From a virus, in the IMG/VR virus record IMGVR_UViG_3300009523_000001, positions 1 to 64,000 of that record: a stretch of DNA of 64,000 nucleotides. One strand, 5' to 3'. The translations under genes were made by a program, and so were the position numbers. The notes below the pieces were generated by a model that was given only the letters and a program-made list of their open reading frames with translations, did not search any database and was not told where the DNA came from. How positions within the stretch are numbered: position 1 is the stretch's first letter; every line of letters begins with the position of its first letter. Positions 30,048 to 39,624 of the stretch are shown here, piece after piece.

Positions 30048-30269
30048 ATGGGCTACAAGAACCCCATCCAGCAACGTGCCGAGCGGCTCGCGAAAAACAA
30101 GCCGCACGAGAAACGCGTGCTCGTCTGCTTAGGGTGTGTGACGTCCACCGACTTCGTGTTCGGCGGCGTGCACAGCGACCGGGCGTGCGGGCGGTGCGGC
30201 AAGGAGCCGCTCGGCGAGGGGGCGGTCGTCGCGTCGTCCCCGTGGGCGGGTGGGATCGCGTTTGGGTAA
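30048..30269 (+). CDS. Small CxxC protein
   Basis: CLGC...CGRC. Confidence 0.5.
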   Translation: MGYKNPIQQRAERLAKNKPHEKRVLVCLGCVTSTDFVFGGVHSDRACGRCGKEPLGEGAVVASSPWAGGIAFG

Positions 30270-30290
30270 GGCTGTGGTATCCTCTGGGGC

Positions 30291-30536
30291 ATGGACCAGA
30301 CCCTCCTCACCAAGGTGCTCGCCGGCGGCTTCGGACTCGTCTGCACGATGATTCTTGCGATGACCGGCAAGATCGACGGACCGACGGCGATGCAGGCCGT
30401 CACCACGATCACCGGCGTCTTCCTCGGGTCGGCGGCCGTGCTCGGCGTCGGTCAGGCGGTCGCGGGCGCGATGAACCGCAAGGCACCGGAAGCCAAGCCG
30501 GAAGTGAAATCGAGCACGTCCGCGGTTCACGCGTGA
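30291..30536 (+). CDS. Two-TM small membrane protein (holin-like)
   Basis: Two hydrophobic helices, charged tail; TGnTATCCT 7 nt upstream. Confidence 0.6.
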   Translation: MDQTLLTKVLAGGFGLVCTMILAMTGKIDGPTAMQAVTTITGVFLGSAAVLGVGQAVAGAMNRKAPEAKPEVKSSTSAVHA

Positions 30537-30997
30537 GCGAGGACGACCTCCGCGAGGAGATCCGCAAGCTGAGCCGGTCGCTGCACGGTGTCGGCAAACC
30601 GTGGTACGCCAGGTCGCCCTGGAAGGAAATCGTCGCCCACGCGGCGGCCGTGGTGACGGCCGTGGGCATCGGCCTCGTCGTGCACAAATGGACCGGCGCG
30701 CCCGTGGTCATCGAGGCGAAGAATGCGGCGCCGGCGGCCGCCTCGATCGCGGAGATCACCTCGGCAATGGATCGCGTAGAGATCGAGCTGGCGCTGCTGG
30801 ACGCCGCCGCACCGGTGTCCACCGCGGTCGCCGCCGAGCCGATCCTTCGGTCCGTGGTCCGACCCGTTCGGGTCGACAACCGGACGGCTGCGGCGCCGGC
30901 GGCCGCTCCGGCGGCCATCCCTCCGCCCGCGGCTACAACCGCAAAACCGGCCGTCGTTCGGTCGGTCCAGGTCGGTGCGGTGCGGGTGGGGGACTAG
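30533..30997 (+). CDS. Single-TM membrane protein, Ala/Pro-rich
   Basis: GTGA overlap; TM AAAVVTAVGIGLVV. Confidence 0.55.
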   Translation: MSEDDLREEIRKLSRSLHGVGKPWYARSPWKEIVAHAAAVVTAVGIGLVVHKWTGAPVVIEAKNAAPAAASIAEITSAMDRVEIELALLDAAAPVSTAVAAEPILRSVVRPVRVDNRTAAAPAAAPAAIPPPAATTAKPAVVRSVQVGAVRVGD

Positions 30998-30998
30998 T

Positions 30999-32798
30999 TC
31001 ATTCTTCGTCCGCTTCCGGACTCCCACCCCCGCCGCGCGTCCGGATGCCGGCAGCGATCTGCCGGATCTTCCGGTACCCGTCCGCGCACTTGGCCATGTT
31101 GCGCGTGAGCGCCGCTGCGAAGCTCTCGTCGTGGTAACTCATGTTGTCGGCGATGTGCGTCGCCTCGTGGATCGCGGCAGCGTACAGCCACTTCAAGTCC
31201 GAGTCCTGCGCGGGCCGCAGGAGCTCCTGGCGCGTCCGGACGTCCTTGAAGGGGTTCAGCATGATCCAGGACTCGTCGCGCCCCTCCTTGTCCTCGTCGG
31301 TGATGGCTTGCGCGCCGTGGTCGGTCGAGAACACGAATCCGGCGCCGAAGTGCCGGTCGCTGCCGAGCTGCATCATCACGTACCGGCACAGCTCGACCCA
31401 TGTTTTGGCGAGCTTGAGCACGGTGGGCGTCATCGTCGCTGGGAAGAATTTGCGTGGGACCCGGTAGCCCTCGATCTCGTTGACCAGGAAGAAGTCCGGC
31501 TCCCAGACAAGCTGCTTGATGGCCGCTTCGAGGTGGTTGGGTCCCAGGAACTTCTGGTCGAGCAAGATGGTGGAGACGGTCGGCGATGGCATCGACTGCA
31601 GCCGATCCTCCTCGCCCTGCGCGTAGCTGCCCATCGAGGCGATGATGATCTCGGTGCTCCGGGTCGGCAGCTCCCCGGCGCCGTAGGGGCCGATCTGGTC
31701 GAGCGCCCTTGATGCCCGTTCCTTCGCGCGAAACTTCCCGGTCCCCTCGAACTTCTGCCGGATGAGGCCCTGCTTGTTCTTGAGCGCGGAGAGGTTGTCC
31801 TTCGCGATCCGTTCGGCCAGCTTGTCGACGGCGTCGCGCACGTGGTAGTCGCGGAACCCGTCGCGGTTCGCGGTCAATAGCTCGATGGACGGCGCGGTCA
31901 GCTCGGCGACGAGGAAGCCGGGGATGGTGCCGATGTACGACGAGAACATGAAGAGACCGCGGGCGCGCACGTAGAGGTACGACTGCGTCTCGCCGGTCGA
32001 CGGGGTGAAGTAGATGTCGGCCTTGTCCGGCACGCTGTCGACCATTCGGCCGCCGGTGAGGTCGGCTTTGGCCGGTGCGCCGTTGACCGTGAACCGGATG
32101 CCGGGCAAGTTGCACTTCTGGAGGAACCCGAGCGCAACGGGCGCGTCGGTCAGCTTGTCCGGCGGCATCACGACTTCGAGCCGGGTTCCTGTTCGCGCGG
32201 GCCCGCGCACGACCGTGTAGTCGATTCCGGCCCCCTCCACGACCGTGTCGCGGCTGTGGACCTTCCAGGAGATCCACGGCAGGAGCAGCAGCTCCTTGGC
32301 CTTGCCGAACCCACCCGCGGCGCCGCTCGGTCCGGTCTTGGTGGTGGCGCCGAGCACGAGGAACTTCGTGAGGATGGTCTCCTCGTCCATCCCCTTGCCG
32401 TCGTCCTCGCAGGAGACGAGCATTGTGCCGTCGTCCTGCTTGATGGCGCCGAGCGCCACATTCTTTCCGCCGGCGTCGACCGCGTTCTGGACGGCTTCCC
32501 GCCACCACTTGAGCGGCCAATCGTTGTAGTCCTTGAGCGCGGTGATGAAGAACTCGGGACCGATGGTGATGATCCGACGCTCGGACTGCTCGTGCAGCAC
32601 GCGCCGCTCAGGCTCGGTCGTCACCTCGACGGTGACCGTGCGCCCGTGGTCGTCGTAGACCTCGCCGCGGAAGAGGGCGTAGCCACCCTCCACGATCGCC
32701 ATCATCGGGAAGTACGCCTCGCTGCCCGAGTGAACGACGTAGAGTCCCGGCAGCGCGTCCAGCGCGTCCTGAGCGGTCTCGAGGAGGGTGGCCTTCAT
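30999..32798 (-). CDS. GHKL (MORC/Hsp90-like) ATPase fused to C-terminal zincin-like metallopeptidase
   Basis: REAVQNAVDA, EDDGKGM, GGFGKA, GTRLEV; AAIHEATH...HDESF. Confidence 0.8.
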   Translation of the reverse strand: MKATLLETAQDALDALPGLYVVHSGSEAYFPMMAIVEGGYALFRGEVYDDHGRTVTVEVTTEPERRVLHEQSERRIITIGPEFFITALKDYNDWPLKWWREAVQNAVDAGGKNVALGAIKQDDGTMLVSCEDDGKGMDEETILTKFLVLGATTKTGPSGAAGGFGKAKELLLLPWISWKVHSRDTVVEGAGIDYTVVRGPARTGTRLEVVMPPDKLTDAPVALGFLQKCNLPGIRFTVNGAPAKADLTGGRMVDSVPDKADIYFTPSTGETQSYLYVRARGLFMFSSYIGTIPGFLVAELTAPSIELLTANRDGFRDYHVRDAVDKLAERIAKDNLSALKNKQGLIRQKFEGTGKFRAKERASRALDQIGPYGAGELPTRSTEIIIASMGSYAQGEEDRLQSMPSPTVSTILLDQKFLGPNHLEAAIKQLVWEPDFFLVNEIEGYRVPRKFFPATMTPTVLKLAKTWVELCRYVMMQLGSDRHFGAGFVFSTDHGAQAITDEDKEGRDESWIMLNPFKDVRTRQELLRPAQDSDLKWLYAAAIHEATHIADNMSYHDESFAAALTRNMAKCADGYRKIRQIAAGIRTRGGGGSPEADEE

Positions 32799-33736
32799 CG
32801 CGGCCGATGCCGTGGACGCGACACCCGCGCCCGCGACTGCGCCACCCTGTAGTAGCTGGGGGAAGCCTCGCTCATCCTGGACGCGAATCGGACGTACCCG
32901 CGCGCGCGGTCGGCCTCCCTTTTCGCCTCGCTGTAGTCGGTGAAGGGTCCGGCGACGGTGCGGCCCTTGGGGTCAACCGCAATGTAGTCGCGGACGACGG
33001 GGCGGCGGTGTTCGGCGACGGCTTCCACCGGCGCGATCCGGTACCCCTCGTACTGGAGAGCGTGGTCGACGCTGAAGCTGTGGTTTCTGTGCATCCAGGC
33101 CCAGATCGCGTTCTCGGTGCCCCGCAAGACTTCCTTGCCGTCGCGGGTGAGCACGTACTGGCCGATGGGTGACCGCGGGTAGGCTCCGCTCGGTGACTTG
33201 CGCGCGTGGTGGCGTCTCGCTTCGTGCGCGAGTTCGCTCTTCGGCGTGCCGCGCACCTCGTCGAGGTTCTCCAGGATCAGGTCGGCCAGTCCCTGCCGGA
33301 CGTTCGGACTCTTCAGCTCCTCGTCGAAGGCGCCGAAGAAGGCGTCGCTGACCTCTTCGTAGGTGATGCCGTAGTGGTCGCGGACCCAGTCGGCGCTCCC
33401 GCTGCCGAACACGCCCTTCGCCCCGCTGAGCTCGAGAACGGTGCTCGCATCCATGTCGCGCTTCGTGTCCCACTCGAGCTGCTGGAGCATGTTCCGGGCG
33501 ACCTTGCGCGCGTCGGCGGGCGACTCGAGTGGGATGACGCTGTTGGGGTCGCGCTGGCGCATCCGCTCGGCCTCGACCATCTGCTCCCACACCCAGTCGC
33601 GGAAATAGTCGCCGTTCAACTGCTCCTGGGCGTAGTCGGTGCCGGCCTTGGAGGCGTCGACCAGAATCTGTTCACCCTCTTGCTTGGGGGTGGGCTCGCG
33701 GGCGGCGCGGCGCTTGGCTTTCGGTTTGCGGGTCAT
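32795..33736 (-). CDS. Mosaic multidomain protein with xxE-RR linkers
   Basis: RRAAREP, AHEARRHH, VAEHRRP, MSEAS; basic termini. Confidence 0.75.
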   Translation of the reverse strand: MTRKPKAKRRAAREPTPKQEGEQILVDASKAGTDYAQEQLNGDYFRDWVWEQMVEAERMRQRDPNSVIPLESPADARKVARNMLQQLEWDTKRDMDASTVLELSGAKGVFGSGSADWVRDHYGITYEEVSDAFFGAFDEELKSPNVRQGLADLILENLDEVRGTPKSELAHEARRHHARKSPSGAYPRSPIGQYVLTRDGKEVLRGTENAIWAWMHRNHSFSVDHALQYEGYRIAPVEAVAEHRRPVVRDYIAVDPKGRTVAGPFTDYSEAKREADRARGYVRFASRMSEASPSYYRVAQSRARVSRPRHRPR

Positions 33737-35394
33737 CGGCGGCTCCGTATGCGTTCGCGGGTTGTGTGCGTGAAGTTCGGTGGGACCGTCTTGACGATCG
33801 CCGCCAGGTACTCGGAGAGGTGCCGCGCGACCACCTCGGGCGATCCGGTTCGTGCGCGAAATGGAACGGTTCGGCGAAAGACGTTGTTGCTCTGGTCGAC
33901 CTTGACCTTCGCAACGGGAACGGTCGGGTCGTACGCGAAGCCTCGGATGTGGAACGACGCGCGGTTGTTCTCGGCCTCGGCGCCCCCGCCTGCGTCCCCC
34001 ACGCCGGGCGGCAGGTTGATGAAGTTCACGTAGACGCTGCCGCCGCCCCGCTCGCCGGCGAGGCTCGGATCGAAGCGAACGCGTGCCTGCCGATCGAAGC
34101 GCTGCAGCTTCGACGAAAGAAGCTCGATGAAGGCGTCGGCGGACATGGGTTCGAGGCCGATGTGGCGGGCCTCGGCCACTGCAGGCAGTTTCCTCATGCC
34201 TGGCAGCTTCCTGACGAAGTGCTTGCTTCCACGCGAATGTTCGTACTCGTTGGGTCGAGGCGCACGACCCGATTGGTCGATCTCGATCGAACGCAGATCG
34301 AATGCAGCGCCGCCCAGTTCGTCCTCGAGACGACGCTTTGCTTGTCGCTCAGAGGTGGCCCAGATCCACCCGTCGATGGTGCCGTGCGTGGTTGTGAACG
34401 AGACTCGGTAGGGTTGCTCTCGCCGCGCCTCATCCACCTCGCCGCTCTCATCCTCCTGCCAGCTCGCCGCGTACCCGTCCACTGTTTCCCAGACCCACTG
34501 GATGTCCTTGACCATCTCCGGGAGATCGGAGGTGGTCGGGTAGGTGAAGTGTCCGATGTTCTCGTAGCGGGCGGTCTCCGACAGCCCCTCGTCCCCAAAG
34601 AAGTCGACGGCGACCGAGGCATCGTCGAAGAGGGAGACGACGACAACGACCTTCTGGCTGTACTCGGGACTGTGCGTCGTGAACTGCGCCGCCTCGTTGT
34701 GCTCGCTCCAGCGGAAGCCGCCGGGGATGTCCTTCGGCGTCGAGCCGTTCAATTGCTGCGACAGTTCGTTGGCCAGTTGCAGCGATCCGCCGATGCCCGG
34801 CCCTTCCGGCTCGCGGCGGCCGCGTGGGCGCGCCTCACCGACCGTGCGGCCGCTGCGAGCAGCGTCCTTCGCATCGGCCGCGGTGGGGTACCGACCAAGC
34901 TTCCTCGTCTGCACACCGGTCGTCGGGTTGACCGCCCACAGGATCCAGTCGCCGCCTGCAGACGGGTCGACGAGGAAGTGGCTGACCCCGTCGACCGTAC
35001 CGACGAAACTATCGCGGTGGTGATGCCACTCGAGATCACTCGCGGCTCCAGGTATCTTTGGCGGTGCGCGGCGCCGGCCCGCCTCGCTCGCTCGCCCTCC
35101 GACCCGCCGCGTGTGCGACCCGATCGGCTCGGCGCCGGCGGGCAGCCGGGTCACGACGGCGCGGTCGCCTGTGGCTGGAAAGTGCCAATACCCTCGTTCT
35201 TGCCACGGGCTCGCCGACTCGTACCGCCCGTCGGTGCGCGGGAAGAAGAGCGTCATCTGCCGGCCGGCGACGAGGATGTGGCTGGCGCCGTCGACCGTCT
35301 TGGCGTGCTCGATCAATTCGGGGAGCGTGGTGAAGTCGGCGACGCGGTGGTGGGGGGAGCGCAGGGGGCGGCGAGAGGGGCGGCGTCGTGTCAT
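33733..35394 (-). CDS. Mosaic protein (about 5 domains) with xxE-(A)RR linkers
   Basis: ASEAGRRR, VGEARPRGRR, VDEARRE, VAEARH separating unrelated segments. Confidence 0.8.
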   Translation of the reverse strand: MTRRRPSRRPLRSPHHRVADFTTLPELIEHAKTVDGASHILVAGRQMTLFFPRTDGRYESASPWQERGYWHFPATGDRAVVTRLPAGAEPIGSHTRRVGGRASEAGRRRAPPKIPGAASDLEWHHHRDSFVGTVDGVSHFLVDPSAGGDWILWAVNPTTGVQTRKLGRYPTAADAKDAARSGRTVGEARPRGRREPEGPGIGGSLQLANELSQQLNGSTPKDIPGGFRWSEHNEAAQFTTHSPEYSQKVVVVVSLFDDASVAVDFFGDEGLSETARYENIGHFTYPTTSDLPEMVKDIQWVWETVDGYAASWQEDESGEVDEARREQPYRVSFTTTHGTIDGWIWATSERQAKRRLEDELGGAAFDLRSIEIDQSGRAPRPNEYEHSRGSKHFVRKLPGMRKLPAVAEARHIGLEPMSADAFIELLSSKLQRFDRQARVRFDPSLAGERGGGSVYVNFINLPPGVGDAGGGAEAENNRASFHIRGFAYDPTVPVAKVKVDQSNNVFRRTVPFRARTGSPEVVARHLSEYLAAIVKTVPPNFTHTTRERIRSRR

Positions 35395-35900
35395 ACCCAG
35401 CTCCGCACGATCTCGTACGTGACCTTGATGACCCTGCCCTTGTCCTTGACCGAGAGCAGGTCGACGTTGCCGCGCTCGTTCACGTAGAAGACGTTGGGGA
35501 AGTAGTTCGAGTCGTGCATCGCCTGCACGCCGACCTTGAGCGCCTTGTCGAAGTCGTCGAAGGTGCCGAGACTCTTCCCGCTGAAGGTTACCGAATAGCC
35601 GCCTCGCCGCGCACCGATGGTCAGTCCATCATCTATTTCCGACTGGTCGAGCTCCTCGTCCTCTTGTTCCTCGTCATCTTCTTCAGGCTCTTCGTCCTCG
35701 TCGTTTTCTCGTACGGTGCGTCGGCCGCCGGGCTCCCCGTAGACCGCCGACGAGAATCGCTCGACATCGAAGGAAGGATTGTCCTCTCGGAACAGGCGCG
35801 CGAACTCCTCGGCGAGCCGCTGCCGCTCGCGCGGATCGCGGACTCCGTTCAGGATGCGCGCGATCTCGATGTAGTGCCGCTTGGTGAAGGCCGCCATCAA
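35391..35900 (-). CDS. Two-domain mosaic protein
   Basis: TKRHY..IA...DNPSFDVERF domain, RRTVRE linker, acidic domain with YFPNVFYVNERGN. Confidence 0.8.
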   Translation of the reverse strand: MMAAFTKRHYIEIARILNGVRDPRERQRLAEEFARLFREDNPSFDVERFSSAVYGEPGGRRTVRENDEDEEPEEDDEEQEDEELDQSEIDDGLTIGARRGGYSVTFSGKSLGTFDDFDKALKVGVQAMHDSNYFPNVFYVNERGNVDLLSVKDKGRVIKVTYEIVRSWV

Positions 35901-36985
35901 CGTCTCCTTTTCTGTCCTGGACGAAGCGCTCCGTGGAACCCACGAGGCATCGGCAACGGCACCCGCTGTCCCCTCGCCCCGGCCTGCGCCATGCTGTCGA
36001 GCGTTCGCTGCGCGACGGCGGCGTCGTGACCGGACCAGTACACGCTCGCCCGGGTGCCGTCCGGCTTCGTCACAACGTAGGAGTGGCCGACGAGCTCGAC
36101 CTTCGAGCCGCGCGGGATGTCACGCCAGTTGATGTTGGTGGTCGGGAGGTCGGCTTCGCCGGCGTAGCGGGGTCGAGGGGGTGAACGTACCTCGCCGGCG
36201 CGCGGAGAGGCACTTCCTGCTGGATAGTCGTGCTCGAGGTAATAGCGGAGACCCGCTACGATGGTACGGAGGTCGCGCGCGTCTTTTTTCGTCCAGCCGT
36301 GCTCCCCGCGTTCGGCCTTCGGGATATAGCTCTCGGCTTGCGCGATGGCACCCTCGACCCACTTGGGATCGGGGTACACGTGGCCGCCGTAGTAGTAGCT
36401 GCCGACCGGGCCGATGCCGCCATCGCCGTCCCCGCCCCAGGGGGACATCATCTCTCCGAGACGCTTGCGATCAATAAACCGCGCCTTGATGGATGCAGAC
36501 CGTGCTTCCAGTCTCGAGCGGATCATCGGCCGGCGAGCCTCGCTGACAGCGGGAGCCGGCTTGCGGTGGCTGCGGTACCAGTCGGGCGGGGGACCGTGGA
36601 TGAAAACCTCCCCGTCGGCGTCGGGGTCGCCGAGGTACAGGTCGAACTCGCCGTACGACTGCGCGGCCTCCTGGAGGGGATCTTGGAACTCCTCGTCGAT
36701 CGTGTCTTCGTCGAAGAAGCCGCTTCCTGCGCCACCGCGACTCAGCCAGAAGTCGTGTCCGGCTCGCGCATCATCGATCCCGCTCTCGGAGAGCAGCTCG
36801 GCGTATCGCTCCTGGAAGTCGGCGCAGTCCTCGATCATCAGCTCCATCGTCTCGGGCGCGATGTCGTCGATGCCGTAGTTCGCGTCGAGCGGTTCACCGC
36901 CCTGCTCGTCGCTGTTGTCTGTCGTGCTCCAGAGTGCGGCTTCGATGTACGCGCGGGTGAAGCTGTCGAGTCGTTGCGGGGGCAT
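35897..36985 (-). CDS. Mosaic protein, N-terminal AGHDFWL-type acidic phage domain
   Basis: AYIEAALW...AGHDFWLSRGGAGSGFFD; linkers VSEARRP, AGEVR, AGEAD. Confidence 0.8.
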   Translation of the reverse strand: MPPQRLDSFTRAYIEAALWSTTDNSDEQGGEPLDANYGIDDIAPETMELMIEDCADFQERYAELLSESGIDDARAGHDFWLSRGGAGSGFFDEDTIDEEFQDPLQEAAQSYGEFDLYLGDPDADGEVFIHGPPPDWYRSHRKPAPAVSEARRPMIRSRLEARSASIKARFIDRKRLGEMMSPWGGDGDGGIGPVGSYYYGGHVYPDPKWVEGAIAQAESYIPKAERGEHGWTKKDARDLRTIVAGLRYYLEHDYPAGSASPRAGEVRSPPRPRYAGEADLPTTNINWRDIPRGSKVELVGHSYVVTKPDGTRASVYWSGHDAAVAQRTLDSMAQAGARGQRVPLPMPRGFHGALRPGQKRRR

Positions 36986-37437
36986 CAGCGTCTCCTCGGT
37001 GGCGGTCGGCGCGCGGATCGTCCGCGCGGTATCGGTCGTCTGGGCGGTTCCTCGCGCACGGTCGGCCGCCTGGGTGGTGGGACGTGCGGCGCTGACCGCA
37101 CGGGGGGCCGCCGGGAAGGGGCTTCCCGCGCCATTGGGTTCCGTCGTCGCGCCTCCTCGACCTCCTCCTCCTCGTCGCCGATGAGCCCCTGGATAAGGTC
37201 TTCGACGTCGCGAGTGTCCTGGATGGCGTTCAGGGTGTCCCCTAACAGTTCGGCTTCTTTCCAGCCGAGGTTGAACGTCTCGTAGCCCATGTCTGCCGCT
37301 TGGTCGCCGCCAGGTAGGCTCGCCAGGATGCGCCAGAACAGAGTCGGGAAGTCCTCCGGACCGTGATCGTAATTGGGAAGCCAGGACTGCAGCTCGCCGA
37401 TGAGGTCGGCGATGGGTTTGCGCGGTTTGCTCGGCAT
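36985..37437 (-). CDS. Acidic domain with Arg/Pro-rich tail
   Basis: VEEARRRNPMAREAPSRR...VREEPPRR. Confidence 0.7.
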   Translation of the reverse strand: MPSKPRKPIADLIGELQSWLPNYDHGPEDFPTLFWRILASLPGGDQAADMGYETFNLGWKEAELLGDTLNAIQDTRDVEDLIQGLIGDEEEEVEEARRRNPMAREAPSRRPPVRSAPHVPPPRRPTVREEPPRRPIPRGRSARRPPPRRR

Positions 37438-38501
37438 TATCTTCTCCTCGTGCGCGTTCGACGTCGCGCTTCCTCGGTCCTGGATTCCTCTTTGCGTTTC
37501 GCCCAGACGTACGTCATGCCCGACGAGCTGCCCGGGATCTCTTCTTGCCATCCGTCGACGGACTTGGCGGCTTCCTCTACCTGCTCGCGCGACCGGTCGA
37601 GCTCCTTGGCGACGGCGTCTACGACGTGCTCGGCGTACGCGTAGCCCTCGGTCGACGGCACGCGGCCGCCCGACTTGTCGAGGTACTCGTAGCCGTTCTT
37701 GTCGAGCCAGTCGGTGAGCTCGTCGGTGCCAACTTCGCTCCAGAGGTCGTTGTGCTTGTACCCGAACACCTCCGCCCAGTGTGGGCCGACGATCAGGTCT
37801 CCGTTGACCGCCACCGCGTCGCCGAAATTCGCCTCGACGACGATCGACTCGGGATCGAACCCTGCGTCCTCCAGGTCACCCGCGAGCTGGTCGCCGGGCG
37901 TGCCCCAGCCCTCCGCCGCACTCTGGTCGACCATTCGCTCGATCGTTTCCTCGAGCGCCACCTTGATCTCGCCGTAGCCGAGCACGTCGTCGCGGAACGC
38001 CTCGTCCTCGTCCGCGAGGTACTCCGACCCCGAGATTTTGCCGCCCCACCACTTCACCTTCTCGGGGATGTTGATGTCACCAGACCATCCAGAGGGCCCA
38101 GGGTCACCGCGTCCGTAGTCGAGCAGTGCCTCCGCGATAGCGATGGCTCGATGCTCTGGTTCCATCTCTTCGAGCGCGTCTCTGGCTAGACCGACGGCCT
38201 GCATGGCGCTCTGGACTTCCTCGCTGCTCGGGTCGAGGTCGCTGAGATCGAAGTACCCCTCCTTCGTCCAGAATGGGAAACCCACATCGGCGGCTTCCCT
38301 GTCGCCGACGTTGTTGCGGACTGGGTCGATCCGAATTAGCTCAATGGCGTTCCCGTCGCCGGTGGCGATCGTACCGCCTGACGCTCCAGGGTCCATGTCC
38401 CCACCGATCTGCTCCCAGTCCATCGTCGGGATGATGATCTCGAGCGGTTCGTCGCCCGGCTCGATGCCGGGGAGGTGTTGCTGCCTTCGTCGGGAAGCCA
38501 T
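37437..38501 (-). CDS. Acidic hypothetical protein with basic termini
   Basis: MASRRR start; ends TEEARRRTRTRRR. Confidence 0.75.
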   Translation of the reverse strand: MASRRRQQHLPGIEPGDEPLEIIIPTMDWEQIGGDMDPGASGGTIATGDGNAIELIRIDPVRNNVGDREAADVGFPFWTKEGYFDLSDLDPSSEEVQSAMQAVGLARDALEEMEPEHRAIAIAEALLDYGRGDPGPSGWSGDINIPEKVKWWGGKISGSEYLADEDEAFRDDVLGYGEIKVALEETIERMVDQSAAEGWGTPGDQLAGDLEDAGFDPESIVVEANFGDAVAVNGDLIVGPHWAEVFGYKHNDLWSEVGTDELTDWLDKNGYEYLDKSGGRVPSTEGYAYAEHVVDAVAKELDRSREQVEEAAKSVDGWQEEIPGSSSGMTYVWAKRKEESRTEEARRRTRTRRR

Positions 38502-38920
38502 CAGTCCGACCCTCCCATGTCTTCCACCCCGAAGGCTTCCGCGATCTCCTCGGTGGTCGGCACCGAGACGCGTGCCACGCCGACGTTGACGTGAGCGGCC
38601 CAGAGCCGCTTGCGACCGGTCTTCCACGCCTCCACCTCGCGGTCGGTGGGCGGCACGTTGTCGTCGTCGACCATGAACTCGCAGGTGAGTCGGCCGTCGA
38701 ACGCGGCCCAGTTGTCTCGTTCCTGGGGGAGTCCGTAGGTGCTGGAGAGTTTCTTGATGAGCGCGGCCGGGCTAGTCGCCTTGACGAAGATACTCTCGGA
38801 CAGGACGGTCTGCGAGTTGTCCTGCTCACCGTGTTCGTAGCTGTCCTCGACCGATTCCCACTCGATGTAGGTCGCCGCCCAGTTATTGTCGGTCTCTCGC
38901 ATCCGTCTTCGAGTAGCCAT
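38501..38920 (-). CDS. Hypothetical protein
   Basis: Starts MATRRRMRE. Confidence 0.7.
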   Translation of the reverse strand: MATRRRMRETDNNWAATYIEWESVEDSYEHGEQDNSQTVLSESIFVKATSPAALIKKLSSTYGLPQERDNWAAFDGRLTCEFMVDDDNVPPTDREVEAWKTGRKRLWAAHVNVGVARVSVPTTEEIAEAFGVEDMGGSD

Positions 38921-39624
38921 TAGTTCACCCTCCAGTAAACCAGCCCGCCATCGGTCGTGTACGACTGGCCGTCGTACGACGACAGGAAGTGCGACGCTCC
39001 GTCGGTGTCGACGGCCTCTTCGGCGGCGGCGTCGATGTCGATGCCGGCGATCCGGATGGCCTCTTTGACGGCGTTCTCCTTGCCGTAAATGTTCTCGAGA
39101 TACTCCATCGGGTCTTGGAGTTCGCTCTCGGTCAGCCGCTCGGCCAGTTCTTCGATCTGAGAATCGTCGGGCGATTCGAGCTCTCCGTCCTCGTTCTCCT
39201 CTGGCATGTCGAGCCCCTGCGCTTCCCACTCGCGCCAGAAGTCGCGGTCGCGCTCGTCGCGCAACCTCTCTTCGTTGCTGTCTCGCGTGTCGCCCCATAG
39301 ATCGCGCTTCAATCGGTCCGTGTCGATGTGCGACTCGATGAAGTCCTTGTTGAAGATTTCCGGCTGATCGTCGAGATCTTGCTTGACGATCTCGAGCGCA
39401 AGCTCCCGCTCATCGTCTTCGCTGGCGACGACCTTCCATTCCTTGCCGTGCTTGCCGCCGCGGATGGTGATCTCGTACGCCTGGACGCTGAAGCCGGATC
39501 GATCGTCTTGGATCTTCAGCTCGTCCGGGTCGATGTCGAGTTCCTTCGCCATCTCGGCGAGTACGGCGTCCTCGTCGCCGAAGTCGACCGTGTCGGATTC
39601 GTGGATAAATCGGCGGACCATCAC
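38920..39624 (-). CDS. Highly acidic protein (possible DNA mimic / antirestriction)
   Basis: Very D/E-rich; C-terminal IDIDAAAEEAVDTDG.SHFLSSYDG; starts MMVRRFIHE. Confidence 0.7.
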   Translation of the reverse strand: MMVRRFIHESDTVDFGDEDAVLAEMAKELDIDPDELKIQDDRSGFSVQAYEITIRGGKHGKEWKVVASEDDERELALEIVKQDLDDQPEIFNKDFIESHIDTDRLKRDLWGDTRDSNEERLRDERDRDFWREWEAQGLDMPEENEDGELESPDDSQIEELAERLTESELQDPMEYLENIYGKENAVKEAIRIAGIDIDAAAEEAVDTDGASHFLSSYDGQSYTTDGGLVYWRVN

